Notes under the pieces: generated by a model | Told to the model about the DNA's origin: nothing | The model's input: the letters and a program-made list of their open reading frames with translations, nothing else | Database searches by the model: none | Made by a program: the position numbers and the translations under genes | NCBI GenBank assembly: GCA_964343315.1 | Contig: CAYFJA010000002.1 | Span: 1-61,924, forward strand | Direction: 5' to 3' | DNA: 61,924 bases | Source of the DNA: an uncultured Nitrososphaerales archaeon | GTDB lineage: Archaea > Thermoproteota > Nitrososphaeria > Conexivisphaerales > UBA164 | Shown here: in pieces, positions 18,327-27,993 of the stretch | How positions within the stretch are numbered: the first letter of the stretch is position 1 | How the letters are laid out: every line of letters begins with the position of its first letter

Positions 18327-19241
18327 TTGAAAGTTACCGTAGGCATACCATCAATTCTAAGAAAAACGCTGGAAAATACATTAAGATGCTTGAGTAAACA
18401 ATCCTACAAAAATTTTGATATAATATTGGTTTATAAAGGAGAACTTAGGGAAAGCGTAAAGAGATTTAACAGAAAGCTAAAGATTAGTTTTATAGAACAG
18501 AAAGAAGGCTTCCTTGAAGAGGCTTACAATGAAATTCTAAAGATTTCCGATTCAGACCTTTTGCTTTTTACAGATGACGACGCGTGCCCTAGCCCAACCT
18601 GGGTAGAAGATCACGTCCAGTTCCACGATAAAAACCCGAAGGTCGGAGTTGCGGGAGGAATTGTGCATGGTAAGATATGGAAAAACTACCCAAATTATGC
18701 TTATGAGCTTTTTAAAGGATCAGAGCTCATGGAGGAGGCTGACGAAGCGTTCAAAGAATATGTTGGCTACTTGACAAAAACAGGGTTAAGCGTAGACAGG
18801 GGAATGCACAAAAACAACGAAAAAACATTAGCTGTTGCTGGAGTTAACATGAGCGTAAAGAAGCCCGCTTACGAGGGCTTTCAAGCTTACACCTACAGCA
18901 TATTTGCTAGTTATATTGAAACACAGATTTCATTAAATGCTTTAAAGAGAGGATATGATTCAGTTAGATTTCCAAAGGCATATGTGTACCATAAAAAGCT
19001 CTTCTCTCTTTCTGTTCCGACAAAACAAAACGAAAGGAAATTGATCATAGAAAAATACTCTTTCCCTTACATAGCAGATAAATTCTACAAACTAGACCAA
19101 AACCTCTTGCAGTTGTTGGCAATAAAGATGACTGGTTACCCGCAGCTTGGTCTCTGCGCCGCGTTAAGGGGGTTAAAGGAAACGGTTAGACCAAATGAGT
19201 TTAGAAAAATATTATTAGAAACATATAATTCTGTTTCATAA
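18327..19241 (+). CDS. Family-2 glycosyltransferase
   Basis: VGIPSILR...CLSKQSYKNFDIILV and the FTDDDACPSPTW (DxD) motif. TTG start. Confidence 0.7.
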   Translation: MKVTVGIPSILRKTLENTLRCLSKQSYKNFDIILVYKGELRESVKRFNRKLKISFIEQKEGFLEEAYNEILKISDSDLLLFTDDDACPSPTWVEDHVQFHDKNPKVGVAGGIVHGKIWKNYPNYAYELFKGSELMEEADEAFKEYVGYLTKTGLSVDRGMHKNNEKTLAVAGVNMSVKKPAYEGFQAYTYSIFASYIETQISLNALKRGYDSVRFPKAYVYHKKLFSLSVPTKQNERKLIIEKYSFPYIADKFYKLDQNLLQLLAIKMTGYPQLGLCAALRGLKETVRPNEFRKILLETYNSVS

Positions 19242-19366
19242 ACCTAAACTAAAATAGGAGTAATGTTCGTTAATAGAGCCTCAGAACCGACTTTAAGAAT
19301 GACATTCAGTTAAGAAAAGCGCGGCTTAAAGGCTTTTATATACTTACGATCATATAATAAATCTAG

Positions 19367-20605
19367 ATGGACTCTTTAATTTCGTATATAACCATCTTTT
19401 TTATAACCGCAGCTCTAATCTTTATTGGATTTTTTGGAGAAATATTTTACAAAAAGGCCGGAGTTTCTGAGTACATATTTTTAATCTTAATAGGAATTTT
19501 CTTAGGGCCAATTCTAAAGATCTTTCCTTATTCGCTTATAGTTCAAATACTGCCATATGTTGCTCAGCTTACTCTTGCTATGATAATGCTTGAGATCGGA
19601 TTAAACATAAAGTTAGAAGATTTTTTAAAGGAAGGAAAGAGCGCCATTCTTAGAACCATCTTCTATGTGAGCATCTCTATTATCATTATATTTTACGTGT
19701 TTAAGTTTGTTTTTGATTGGAGCGATTATTCTTCTTTTTTCTTAGCAACAATTATAGGAGGCGAAACGACGACCGCTGTTGTTCCATATTTAGCAAAGAA
19801 GTTAGAAGACGACCGGTTCTTCATAAATGTGTCATTGGAAGCAAGCTTAAACAGCGTGGTTTTAATTGTCCTCTTTACTTTTGGTCTAAATTCTTATTTA
19901 GCTTCTGTTCCGTTCAGCATAGTAGGTTTTAACAGCATAATAACGTCAATAATATCTCAGATAAGCATAGGGGTTTTTATTGGGTTTATCGGCGCTATAA
20001 TTTGGATAGAATTTGCAAAAAGGTTCTGGTTAGAGGAGTTCTTTTATATAGCAACGATAGGCTACACTTTAGCGCTTTACGCGTTCATTTCCTTAGCCAA
20101 CGGAAGCCCAATACTTGGAGTGCTTACTTTTGGTTTTGTTCTTTTGAATAACAAAGATTTTGCAAAAATTTTTAGGATGCAGATGAACGAACAGATACTT
20201 GACCTTCAGGTTAACTACGTTAAGACCTTTCAAAAAGAAATAACTTTCTTCCTGAGAACTTATTTCTTCTTTCTTTTGGGCCTCGTTATTACCATAGACA
20301 AACTTTTCAGCTTGCTAACATATGAATATTTGGCTGTTGCCGTTTTAGCTCTCTTAGCCAGCAGGTTTATTGCAGTTAAAGTATCTACTGCAGTTAAATC
20401 CTATGAAAAGGCTTACTTTGTTATGATGGCTCAGGGACTAACGCCTGCCGTTCTTTCTTCGCTTGCCCTTTACTACGCCCTCCCTGAAGCTCATTACATA
20501 GTAACATTAACCTCATTAATTATCATCGTTACCAACGCCATCACCGTTGCTGGTTGGGCAAAAGCATCCTCATCGCTCGCAAAGAATAAAGAAACCATTA
20601 AATGA
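19367..20605 (+). CDS. Cation/proton antiporter (Na+/H+ exchanger family, CPA type)
   Basis: About 11-12 hydrophobic helices. The N-terminal GEIFYKKAGVSEYIFLILIGIFLGP is typical of the family. Confidence 0.7.
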   Translation: MDSLISYITIFFITAALIFIGFFGEIFYKKAGVSEYIFLILIGIFLGPILKIFPYSLIVQILPYVAQLTLAMIMLEIGLNIKLEDFLKEGKSAILRTIFYVSISIIIIFYVFKFVFDWSDYSSFFLATIIGGETTTAVVPYLAKKLEDDRFFINVSLEASLNSVVLIVLFTFGLNSYLASVPFSIVGFNSIITSIISQISIGVFIGFIGAIIWIEFAKRFWLEEFFYIATIGYTLALYAFISLANGSPILGVLTFGFVLLNNKDFAKIFRMQMNEQILDLQVNYVKTFQKEITFFLRTYFFFLLGLVITIDKLFSLLTYEYLAVAVLALLASRFIAVKVSTAVKSYEKAYFVMMAQGLTPAVLSSLALYYALPEAHYIVTLTSLIIIVTNAITVAGWAKASSSLAKNKETIK

Positions 20606-20644
20606 TCCAAAAAGTTTTTAATTTAATTTAGAAGAGTTTTACAC

Positions 20645-20983
20645 ATGGGAGGAAATAAAAAGAAGACCCTAGCGGCTATGGAAAAAGAACAGATGAGGGA
20701 AGAGCTCAAGAAACAGGGATTGTTGCAAAAGAAGAAAGAGAAAAAGCCAGAAGAAAAGAACAAATCAAAGTCTGAATTTATAATGACTCTCAGCGAAGCA
20801 GAAGTCATGAAAGTAATAAAGGGCATGCCTTATGTTACGCCTTATCAGCTTTCTAAAGCTACTGGAGTAAAAGTGAGCGTTGCAAAGGACTTCCTCGAGC
20901 AGCTGAGGAGCAAGGGCTACATAAAGATTGTGGGAGGAACGAGCGGAAGATATATTTATGTGCCTGTTTCGGTTGCAGCTTAG
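20645..20983 (+). CDS. rps25e: Ribosomal protein S25e
   Basis: Lys-rich N-terminus, then a wHTH core VTPYQLSKATGVKVSVAKDFLEQLRSKGYIK. Confidence 0.8.
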   Translation: MGGNKKKTLAAMEKEQMREELKKQGLLQKKKEKKPEEKNKSKSEFIMTLSEAEVMKVIKGMPYVTPYQLSKATGVKVSVAKDFLEQLRSKGYIKIVGGTSGRYIYVPVSVAA

Positions 20984-21106
20984 AAAATTATATAAAAACT
21001 TTGTTTACTTTTTTATACAAATCAAGCTTATCTTGGTCAAATGTTTGAAATTTTATACAGATAAATTTAAAAAGGGAGAGGTTAAAGGTTTATACAAATA
21101 ATAAAA

Positions 21107-22441
21107 ATGGAAAAAACAACTCTATTAATAAAGGAAGAGAAAACCTCGTTTACACAAGCTATCTATGATGAGCAACTCCTGAGGTATTTAGCAGAAAAGG
21201 TTGGTACACCATACTACTTAACTGATGAGAGCATTATCGCTAAAAATTATGAAAGGTTAAAACAAGCTTATTCTGCATTAAAGATTCCTACAATAATAGC
21301 TTACTCGGTAAAGGCAAACTTTAACCCATTCATACTCAACTTTTTGAGCAAACTAGACAGCTACTTTGATGTTACTTCGCCCGAAGAGCTTTACTTTTTG
21401 CTAAAGTCTGGGGGAAGGCCGGAAAACGTTATTTACACGAGCGTTACCGAAACAGAAGATGAGTACAGGTCCGTTATGTCAAAGGGAGTTAGAAGAATAG
21501 TTGTGAGTTCTATGCGTGGAATGTACAACGCGATAGAGGCAAGCAAACTTCTAAACGTTGTGCCTGAAATAAGCATAAGGGTCAACCCTGAAGTTCAGGT
21601 CAGAGCTGAAGTAAGGTCTGCGATGAAGGTAAGCAAGTTTGGAGTGCCCCTTAACGGAACTAACCCAGAATCTGCTTATAAGATGGCCAAGATCTTGGTT
21701 AACGAGAGATCTGTAAAGTTCGGAGGCTTTCACTTCCACCTTGGTTCACAGCTAGAAGATCCTAACGCTTACAATTTAGCCCTCGAAAAGATCAAACAGC
21801 TTATATTTAAACTAAAGAAGGAGATGGAGTTCAAGATAAGCTTCTTGGACATCGGAGGCGGAACGCCAGTTAACTACGGAGTTAAAGTTCCCACCCCCGA
21901 AGAAATAGTGAAAACAATTTCAGATAAGATCAATGAGCTGATAGAGGTGAACGGTGACTTCTTTACTTTAGCCGTTGAGTCTGGCAGGTATATAGTGGCC
22001 GAATCAACGTCCATGGTTTCAAAGATAGTTAACGTAAAGTACTATGGAAACAAAAAAATCATCTACTTAGATTCTGGTTATCACTATCTATTAGACATAG
22101 CGCTCCTTCAGCAGGTTTACCCGCTTGAAGTTGTTGGCGGGAAAGAAAACGGGGAGGACAAACCGATAGTTGCCGGAAGGCTCTGCGATTCCATGGACGT
22201 CTTCCAGGTTGGACCGGAATCCAAGCTCGGAGGAGCAGAACCCGGAAAGCTGGTTTTGATCAAGAACGTCGGAGCCTACTCAATCGTATTTAACATGCCT
22301 TTCCACAGCCAGGTAAAGCCGGCCGTCGTGTATAAGACCAGCGACGGAAAGTACTACTTAGCCAGGAAGAGGCAGGAGCTCGAAGATTTGTACAAGGAAG
22401 AAGGCGGAGATCTTTTAAAGGAAAAGCTACAGATCGTTTAG
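21107..22441 (+). CDS. PLP-dependent fold-III decarboxylase (diaminopimelate/ornithine/carboxynorspermidine decarboxylase family)
   Basis: PLP lysine in AYSVKANFNP, plus HFHLGSQ, DIGGGTPV, GRLCDSMD and VGAYS. The substrate cannot be assigned by eye. Confidence 0.8.
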   Translation: MEKTTLLIKEEKTSFTQAIYDEQLLRYLAEKVGTPYYLTDESIIAKNYERLKQAYSALKIPTIIAYSVKANFNPFILNFLSKLDSYFDVTSPEELYFLLKSGGRPENVIYTSVTETEDEYRSVMSKGVRRIVVSSMRGMYNAIEASKLLNVVPEISIRVNPEVQVRAEVRSAMKVSKFGVPLNGTNPESAYKMAKILVNERSVKFGGFHFHLGSQLEDPNAYNLALEKIKQLIFKLKKEMEFKISFLDIGGGTPVNYGVKVPTPEEIVKTISDKINELIEVNGDFFTLAVESGRYIVAESTSMVSKIVNVKYYGNKKIIYLDSGYHYLLDIALLQQVYPLEVVGGKENGEDKPIVAGRLCDSMDVFQVGPESKLGGAEPGKLVLIKNVGAYSIVFNMPFHSQVKPAVVYKTSDGKYYLARKRQELEDLYKEEGGDLLKEKLQIV

Positions 22442-23209
22442 CTCCTTCGTTAGTTCGGCTATAAGTTCCAGCAGTCTTTTTTTGGTTTTTTCTTCAACCT
22501 GACCGAACTTAAGGTATTGAGAGAGGTCCTTAAGCGAGCTTACGCTAAGCTTAGAGAGCTGGTGAAAGAAATAGACGCTAGCTTCAAGCTCCTTTTTATT
22601 TTTGATCAGCGAGTCAATCTTCAGGAAAAACAGCTTTGCTTCGTCCTTTGGCAAGAAGTTAGTAAGCGCTTCTGCCCTTGCCTTTAAGATTTCGCCCATG
22701 TTTGAGTCGATCTGCAAAGATTCAAATATCACGTTTAAGTATTCGTGATTCTTTTTGTTTATTTGCCTGAAAACGTGGGAGGGACTAAGGGAAGATTCCG
22801 ATAGCACGACAGCTGGCTCTATCAGCCTGCCAGCCGCTGCATATATTGCAGTTGGGCCCAAGAGCTTTAAATTAGAAAGAAAGTTAAGGGATTCTTTGAG
22901 CCCTTTCTCTAAAACATTTTTCATGTATGCTTCTTTTTCTAAAAATAGCTGATAAGCGGAAAAAGATGGGTCGTATAGAATCTTAACTTCCTCCTTTAAA
23001 AAATGCTGCTTTTCGCTTACCCCTCTCACGGCTATTTTGCTTTCTCTGTCCACATAGAATAATCTCTCTTCTGATGGGTAAACGAAAACGTCCATCAAGC
23101 AGTAATCATAGTTGAATTCTTTAACATAACAGCCTGCTAAAAATATGGACTTGTTTGGGAAGGCATTGATAAGCTCGTTCAACTGCTCCCTGCTTAAAGC
23201 TGAGCTCAT
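22427..23209 (-). CDS. Hypothetical protein (N-terminal alpha/beta part, C-terminal helical part)
   Basis: A 260-aa ORF with protein-like composition and no diagnostic motif. Confidence 0.4.
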   Translation of the reverse strand: MSSALSREQLNELINAFPNKSIFLAGCYVKEFNYDYCLMDVFVYPSEERLFYVDRESKIAVRGVSEKQHFLKEEVKILYDPSFSAYQLFLEKEAYMKNVLEKGLKESLNFLSNLKLLGPTAIYAAAGRLIEPAVVLSESSLSPSHVFRQINKKNHEYLNVIFESLQIDSNMGEILKARAEALTNFLPKDEAKLFFLKIDSLIKNKKELEASVYFFHQLSKLSVSSLKDLSQYLKFGQVEEKTKKRLLELIAELTKELNDL

Positions 23210-23264
23210 TCCGTTAATAATAAATTAGGATACGTTAATTTAATCGTTTGCTGATCTAAATATT

Positions 23265-23777
23265 ATGGTGTTGGTTGAGTTTGAAGGGAAAAAGCCTTTT
23301 GTCCATCCCAGCAGCTACGTTGCTTCTTCTGCTATTTTGATCGGTGACGTAAGAGTAAAGGAAAACGCGAGCGTTTGGTTCAACTCTGTTCTTAGAGCGG
23401 ACGAAAGCTCGATAGAAATTGGAGAAAACGCAGCTATATTGGAGGGAGTTATCATCAAGCCTGAGTCAAGCTCATGCGTTGTTGGAAACAAAAGCGTGGT
23501 GGGCAAGGGCTCAATTCTTGAGGGGGTAATAATTGAAGAAGGCGTCGTCGTTGGGGCAGGTTCGATATTGCTGGAGAACGCAAGGATAGGTAGAGGGAGC
23601 TTCATAGCTGCAGGAAGCTTGATACCTCAACACATGGTTGTCCCAGAAAACAGCCTAGTCATGGGAAACCCCGCGAAGGTCGTCGGAGAGATAAAGCCCC
23701 AGCACAGAAAGTACGCCGAAGAAAGTTGGAGAAAATTCTTAATATTAAAGGATTCTTATAAAATGATGTCGTTATAA
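23265..23777 (+). CDS. Left-handed beta-helix protein of the gamma-carbonic-anhydrase/YrdA/PaaY family, lacking the metal-binding histidines
   Basis: Hexapeptide repeats and GSLIPQHMVVPENSLVMGNPAKVV align with the YrdA family. The three Zn-ligand His positions read K, K and E. Confidence 0.8.
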   Translation: MVLVEFEGKKPFVHPSSYVASSAILIGDVRVKENASVWFNSVLRADESSIEIGENAAILEGVIIKPESSSCVVGNKSVVGKGSILEGVIIEEGVVVGAGSILLENARIGRGSFIAAGSLIPQHMVVPENSLVMGNPAKVVGEIKPQHRKYAEESWRKFLILKDSYKMMSL

Positions 23778-25346
23778 ATGAATAAAGAGAACGACGAAGG
23801 AAACGTGGAGTACAAGCTTTTACTTGAAAAGCTCGATGATGAAAAGGCTGAAAGACTTGCCGCACAAATGCTCTATAGGCTGAACGAAGGCCATGGGGAA
23901 GCATTTTATATAGTTGGTCTTTCAGACGACGGCGAGCCTATAGGGTTATCCGACGAAGAGCTTGAAACTTCGCTAAAAAACTTACAGTTAATCGCTCAGA
24001 AAGCTGGAGCAACAATTCAGATAGTTAGGACGGTTTTAGGGGAAAAGGGAGCTATAGCTGAAGTGTACGTAAGGCGAAGCAGGGATTATCCGCCGGTCGA
24101 GATATCAGTTGCCCTACTAGGAAATGTGGACGCGGGAAAATCTACGCTCAAAGGGGTCTTAACTTTTTCAACTCTAGACAACGGCAACGGCTACGCCATG
24201 TCCCTTGTTGCTAGGTACCTTCACGAGATTAAGATGAGAAGGACTTCTTCTGTTTCAATTCACCTGCTGGGTTTTGATTCAAACGGAAGGGCTGTGAACG
24301 ACGCCCTTCAAAGCTATAATGAGGCTGAGATATACTTAAAGAGCAACAAAATAGTTCACCTTATAGATTTAGCTGGCCACGAAAAGTACTTAAAAACAAC
24401 TTTGAAAGGCTTGCTTGGAACCCTGCCCGATTACAATATTATAGTTGTCTCATTAAACAGCGGACCTGTGGGTTCCTTTAAGGAGCACCTGGGTCTTTCT
24501 GTAGCCCTTAAGATACCAGTTATAATCGTTTTCACAAAGCTGGACATGGCCGTCAAGCCTGTTGCTGAAATGAGCGTTAACGAAGTTGTAAAAGTGCTCA
24601 AGATGCCGGGAATAGACAAGATACCTTTCTTTGTCAAGGATGATTCGGACCTGGTTGTTGCCTCTAAGAATGTGGCCAACGGGAGGATAGTTCCTATATT
24701 CTTTGTATCAAACAAGACCGGTGAGGGCATAGACCTTTTAAAGAGATTCCTGAACTTCCTCCCCAAGAGAATAAATTGGGAAGAAAGGAGAAAAGAAAAG
24801 CTGCTTATGTACATAGATGACATATTTAGAGTCAACGGGGTTGGTACTGTAATAAGCGGGCTTATTAAATCTGGAAGTATAAGCGAAGGGCAGGAAGTTT
24901 ATGTAGGCCCATTTAGCGATGGGTCTTATAAGAGGGCCACAGCATCTTCTATATATAAGAACAGAGTCCCGATAAAGTCGGCTTATGCTGGGGAATACGT
25001 CACCATAGGTTTAAACAAAGTTTATCCAGAAGAGCTCAGGGCAGGGATGGCTATCCTGAGCGACGCAAGCTTGGCTAAGGCAGTTTGGAGGTTTAGGGCT
25101 GACGTTAGGGTGCTACATCATCCAACTTTGATCAAGCCTGGGTATGAGCCTGTCATTCAATTAAACACGATAAAGGAAGTGGCTAAGATAATTCAGTCTG
25201 AACCTCCGTACTTAAAGACTGGGGAGTTCGGGAACGTGATCTTTCAGTTCAAGTACAGGCCCGCTTACATAACAGAAGGAGAAACGTTTGTTTTTAGGGA
25301 AGGAAAAGCAAGGGGGATAGGGAGAATAACGGAAATTATTCGCTAG
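23778..25346 (+). CDS. GTPBP1-like translational-type GTPase (EF-Tu domain II/III containing)
   Basis: NVEYKLLL N-domain, G1 GNVDAGKST, G3 DLAGHEKY, G4 TKLD, and a beta-barrel domain II GTVISGLIKSGSISEGQ. The start codon directly follows the stop of the upstream gene. Confidence 0.8.
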   Translation: MNKENDEGNVEYKLLLEKLDDEKAERLAAQMLYRLNEGHGEAFYIVGLSDDGEPIGLSDEELETSLKNLQLIAQKAGATIQIVRTVLGEKGAIAEVYVRRSRDYPPVEISVALLGNVDAGKSTLKGVLTFSTLDNGNGYAMSLVARYLHEIKMRRTSSVSIHLLGFDSNGRAVNDALQSYNEAEIYLKSNKIVHLIDLAGHEKYLKTTLKGLLGTLPDYNIIVVSLNSGPVGSFKEHLGLSVALKIPVIIVFTKLDMAVKPVAEMSVNEVVKVLKMPGIDKIPFFVKDDSDLVVASKNVANGRIVPIFFVSNKTGEGIDLLKRFLNFLPKRINWEERRKEKLLMYIDDIFRVNGVGTVISGLIKSGSISEGQEVYVGPFSDGSYKRATASSIYKNRVPIKSAYAGEYVTIGLNKVYPEELRAGMAILSDASLAKAVWRFRADVRVLHHPTLIKPGYEPVIQLNTIKEVAKIIQSEPPYLKTGEFGNVIFQFKYRPAYITEGETFVFREGKARGIGRITEIIR

Positions 25347-26883
25347 GCTGGGCTTTTGTCTGCACTTCAAGCTCGTTCAGGGCTAAGTAATAGCTTTCTT
25401 CAGGGCTCTTTCTGTAGCTGTTTATAGCTGAAATCACGTTGTCTATCCTGCGAATCCCCTTAACAGACATCCACTTTAAATATACCTCCCTCCTCTTGAG
25501 ATCTTCCTCAAACTCGCTTCTGCTTATTCCATAACGTTCTTCTAATAGCTTTGCGACCACGCTGTTTCCAGTATATTCTATTACGTCCTGCTTTGGATCC
25601 CACTTGAAGGAATCTACAGTTAACACGTTTCCGCTCTTATTATCATAACCTAAAATTTCTGAGAGCTGAATTAGCTTCCTCATGACCTTCTTCCCGTAGC
25701 TAACCCTAAGCTGAAGGCCGATGATGTTTAAAGTAGTAGCTATGAACTCCTTCGGTATGTTCATCGGCTGTGTTGACAGCCTTTCTATGACTGCCTCGAC
25801 CGTTTCAGCGTGTATTGTAGATAAGCCCCCGTGCCCTGTGGCTATGGCCTGAAGCAGGGTGTAAGCCTCTTCGCCCCTTACTTCTCCCACTATTATAAAG
25901 TCAGGCCTCTGTCTAAGCGCTTCCTTCAATAGGTCAAAGAGCGTAATGTTTTGGGCAAAAGCAGTCTTGACTTCTCTAGTAACTGAAGCTATCCAGTTCT
26001 CCCTGTAAAGGTTAAGCTCCCTTGTGTCTTCTATCGTTACCACCTTATAGTTTTGAGGAATAAAAACGGTAAGAGCGTTGAGAGTTGTTGTTTTTCCGCT
26101 TGCTGTTCCCCCGGCCAAAAGGATTGAGAGCTTGTGCTCGATGGCTATCCAAAGGTAGGCCGCTAGCTTAGCTGTGATCGTCCCAAAGTTTATAAGATCT
26201 ATGACCGTTATAGGATCAGTCCTGAACTTTCTTATTGTGAAGTTTGTCCCTCTTCCAGTAACTTCGCTCCCCAAAGTGATCTGGATCCTGTGACCTTCAG
26301 GTAGCGATGCGTCAATCATTGGGGTCGAATAGCTTATAGCTCTACCGCTCTTGTAAGCTAGCTTAAGGACAAAAGAGTCAAGCTCATCCTTGCTAGAGAA
26401 GTAAACGTTGCTTGGCAGGCTTTCGTAAAATCTGTGCCAGACATATATAGGAATGTTTGGGCCGTTGCATGATATGTCCTCTATTTCTTCATCGTGAATC
26501 ATTGCTTCTATCTTGCCGTAACCAAGAAGGTCCCTTTTAACGTAGTAGTATACCTTTTCCCTCTTTTCTTCAGCTTTCAGCTCTTTTAGCCTGCTGTCTA
26601 TGAGCTTCTTCATTTCTTCCCAAACCTTATCCTGAGATTCTTGAGGAACGTAAGGCATCTTTTCAAAAAGATACTTTTTGACGTCCTCGACAAGCTTAAC
26701 TTCCTCTGGGCTTAACCTTGGCTCTAAAACATAGTAAATGTAGTCTCCCTTTTGATCTAAAGCTATTCCCACGTAAACCTCCCCAAGAGATTCAAGCTTT
26801 TTCAAGTCTACAAACTGAACGTTAGCCTCCTGCTCGCTCTCCTTCTGAGCCGGCTCTACTTTCTTCTTTTTCTTCCAGAACAT
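25336..26883 (-). CDS. Type IV pilus/archaellum-type assembly ATPase (FlaI/ArlI/PilB-GspE superfamily)
   Basis: YYVLEPRLSPEE N-domain motif, Walker A LLAGGTASGKTTT, TIEDTREL (Asp box), IIVGEVRGEEA (Walker B), and His box GHGGLSTIHA. Confidence 0.85.
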   Translation of the reverse strand: MFWKKKKKVEPAQKESEQEANVQFVDLKKLESLGEVYVGIALDQKGDYIYYVLEPRLSPEEVKLVEDVKKYLFEKMPYVPQESQDKVWEEMKKLIDSRLKELKAEEKREKVYYYVKRDLLGYGKIEAMIHDEEIEDISCNGPNIPIYVWHRFYESLPSNVYFSSKDELDSFVLKLAYKSGRAISYSTPMIDASLPEGHRIQITLGSEVTGRGTNFTIRKFRTDPITVIDLINFGTITAKLAAYLWIAIEHKLSILLAGGTASGKTTTLNALTVFIPQNYKVVTIEDTRELNLYRENWIASVTREVKTAFAQNITLFDLLKEALRQRPDFIIVGEVRGEEAYTLLQAIATGHGGLSTIHAETVEAVIERLSTQPMNIPKEFIATTLNIIGLQLRVSYGKKVMRKLIQLSEILGYDNKSGNVLTVDSFKWDPKQDVIEYTGNSVVAKLLEERYGISRSEFEEDLKRREVYLKWMSVKGIRRIDNVISAINSYRKSPEESYYLALNELEVQTKAQPSE

Positions 26884-26945
26884 TTATATTAACATAATTT
26901 ATAAAAGCTAACCTATTTATAAGCGTAAAGCTTAAAAACTTTTTA

Positions 26946-27413
26946 TTACGGGTTTGAGCTTTTATAGTATCTTTTAGGGACAAAACAGTCGTAAGGTTTT
27001 CCTCCGTTTATCCTTTCCATAGCTTCTTCTATTTCAGCCTCAGAAATTTCTAGCCATTTTTCGTCCCACTTTATTTCTTCGAGCTCCAAAGTTGTTTTTC
27101 CTGTCTGAACGTCCTTTATGACCTTCCAGACAGCGGTTCCGTAGAAAGGCTTAACGAGCTTGCTGTCGTTAAGCTCGCACCTTGCTGTAGCTAAACCTCT
27201 TTCCACATAGTAAACGCAGTGCCTGCAGTAGGAGCTCATCCAGATTATATCTCTTTGAGGCTTAAAGTACTTCAAAAGCTCTTCTATGAACTTCTTTTCT
27301 TTCTTCTTGTGAGCTTCTATCAGCTGCTGCCTGCCTTCTTCAGTCTCCACGTAATAATCTAAGTTATCTGTAAAATCTTGGTAAAAGCTCTCTTCGTCCT
27401 CGCTTTTACTCAT
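26946..27413 (-). CDS. Hypothetical protein with an acidic N-terminus and a Cys-containing core
   Basis: A 155-aa ORF with CRHCVYY...RCEL...DCF and no recognisable family. Confidence 0.4.
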   Translation of the reverse strand: MSKSEDEESFYQDFTDNLDYYVETEEGRQQLIEAHKKKEKKFIEELLKYFKPQRDIIWMSSYCRHCVYYVERGLATARCELNDSKLVKPFYGTAVWKVIKDVQTGKTTLELEEIKWDEKWLEISEAEIEEAMERINGGKPYDCFVPKRYYKSSNP

Positions 27414-27465
27414 TACAATTCAAGTTTTACCTTTCTTAATATAAAACCATTTCCAATCTTACCTG

Positions 27466-27993
27466 TTATGGGAAGTAGCTGCCAGCCAGCTTTGCTTCTA
27501 AGGCCCTGAAAACTTCATCTTTTTTCAAAAAAGACAGCCCGCACCTTGAACCAACAACCTCAATGTAAAGGTAAACGTCCGGGTTCTTGACGTTGGGTTT
27601 TAAGCTTAAAGAACTCGTGACTCTCTTTATAAGCTCCCCCCACCTTATCTTGCTCAGCCTGATCTCGGCCTCTATCTTGTAAGTTAAATTGCCGGGCAAT
27701 TTTTGGGAAGCTTCTGAGGCTACCTTTGCTATCTCATCTAATTCAGAACTGCAGTTGTGCGTTATGGGAATGAACCTGAGGATCCTTTTAACGCTCCAGG
27801 GATCTTCGTAAGCTATCCTCCAGAGCTTCTTCGAAGCTAATACTGGATCCCCGCTTAGCCTACCGTAAACTACGCTGTTAAGCTGTGTCTCGAAAAAAGT
27901 TATTGGCTCAAAATCTGAAAGGTGAAGCTTAAGCTCCTTCTCCAGCTCTTTCTTTAAATTCCTGTATGTTGTAGAAACAAAATTAAACTCCAA
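27466..27993 (-). CDS. Stand-alone THUMP-domain RNA-binding protein (probable)
   Basis: About 175 aa. The C-terminal pattern YKIEAEIR...PDVYLYIEVVGSRCGLSF resembles the THUMP beta-alpha-beta end. Confidence 0.45.
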   Translation of the reverse strand: MEFNFVSTTYRNLKKELEKELKLHLSDFEPITFFETQLNSVVYGRLSGDPVLASKKLWRIAYEDPWSVKRILRFIPITHNCSSELDEIAKVASEASQKLPGNLTYKIEAEIRLSKIRWGELIKRVTSSLSLKPNVKNPDVYLYIEVVGSRCGLSFLKKDEVFRALEAKLAGSYFP

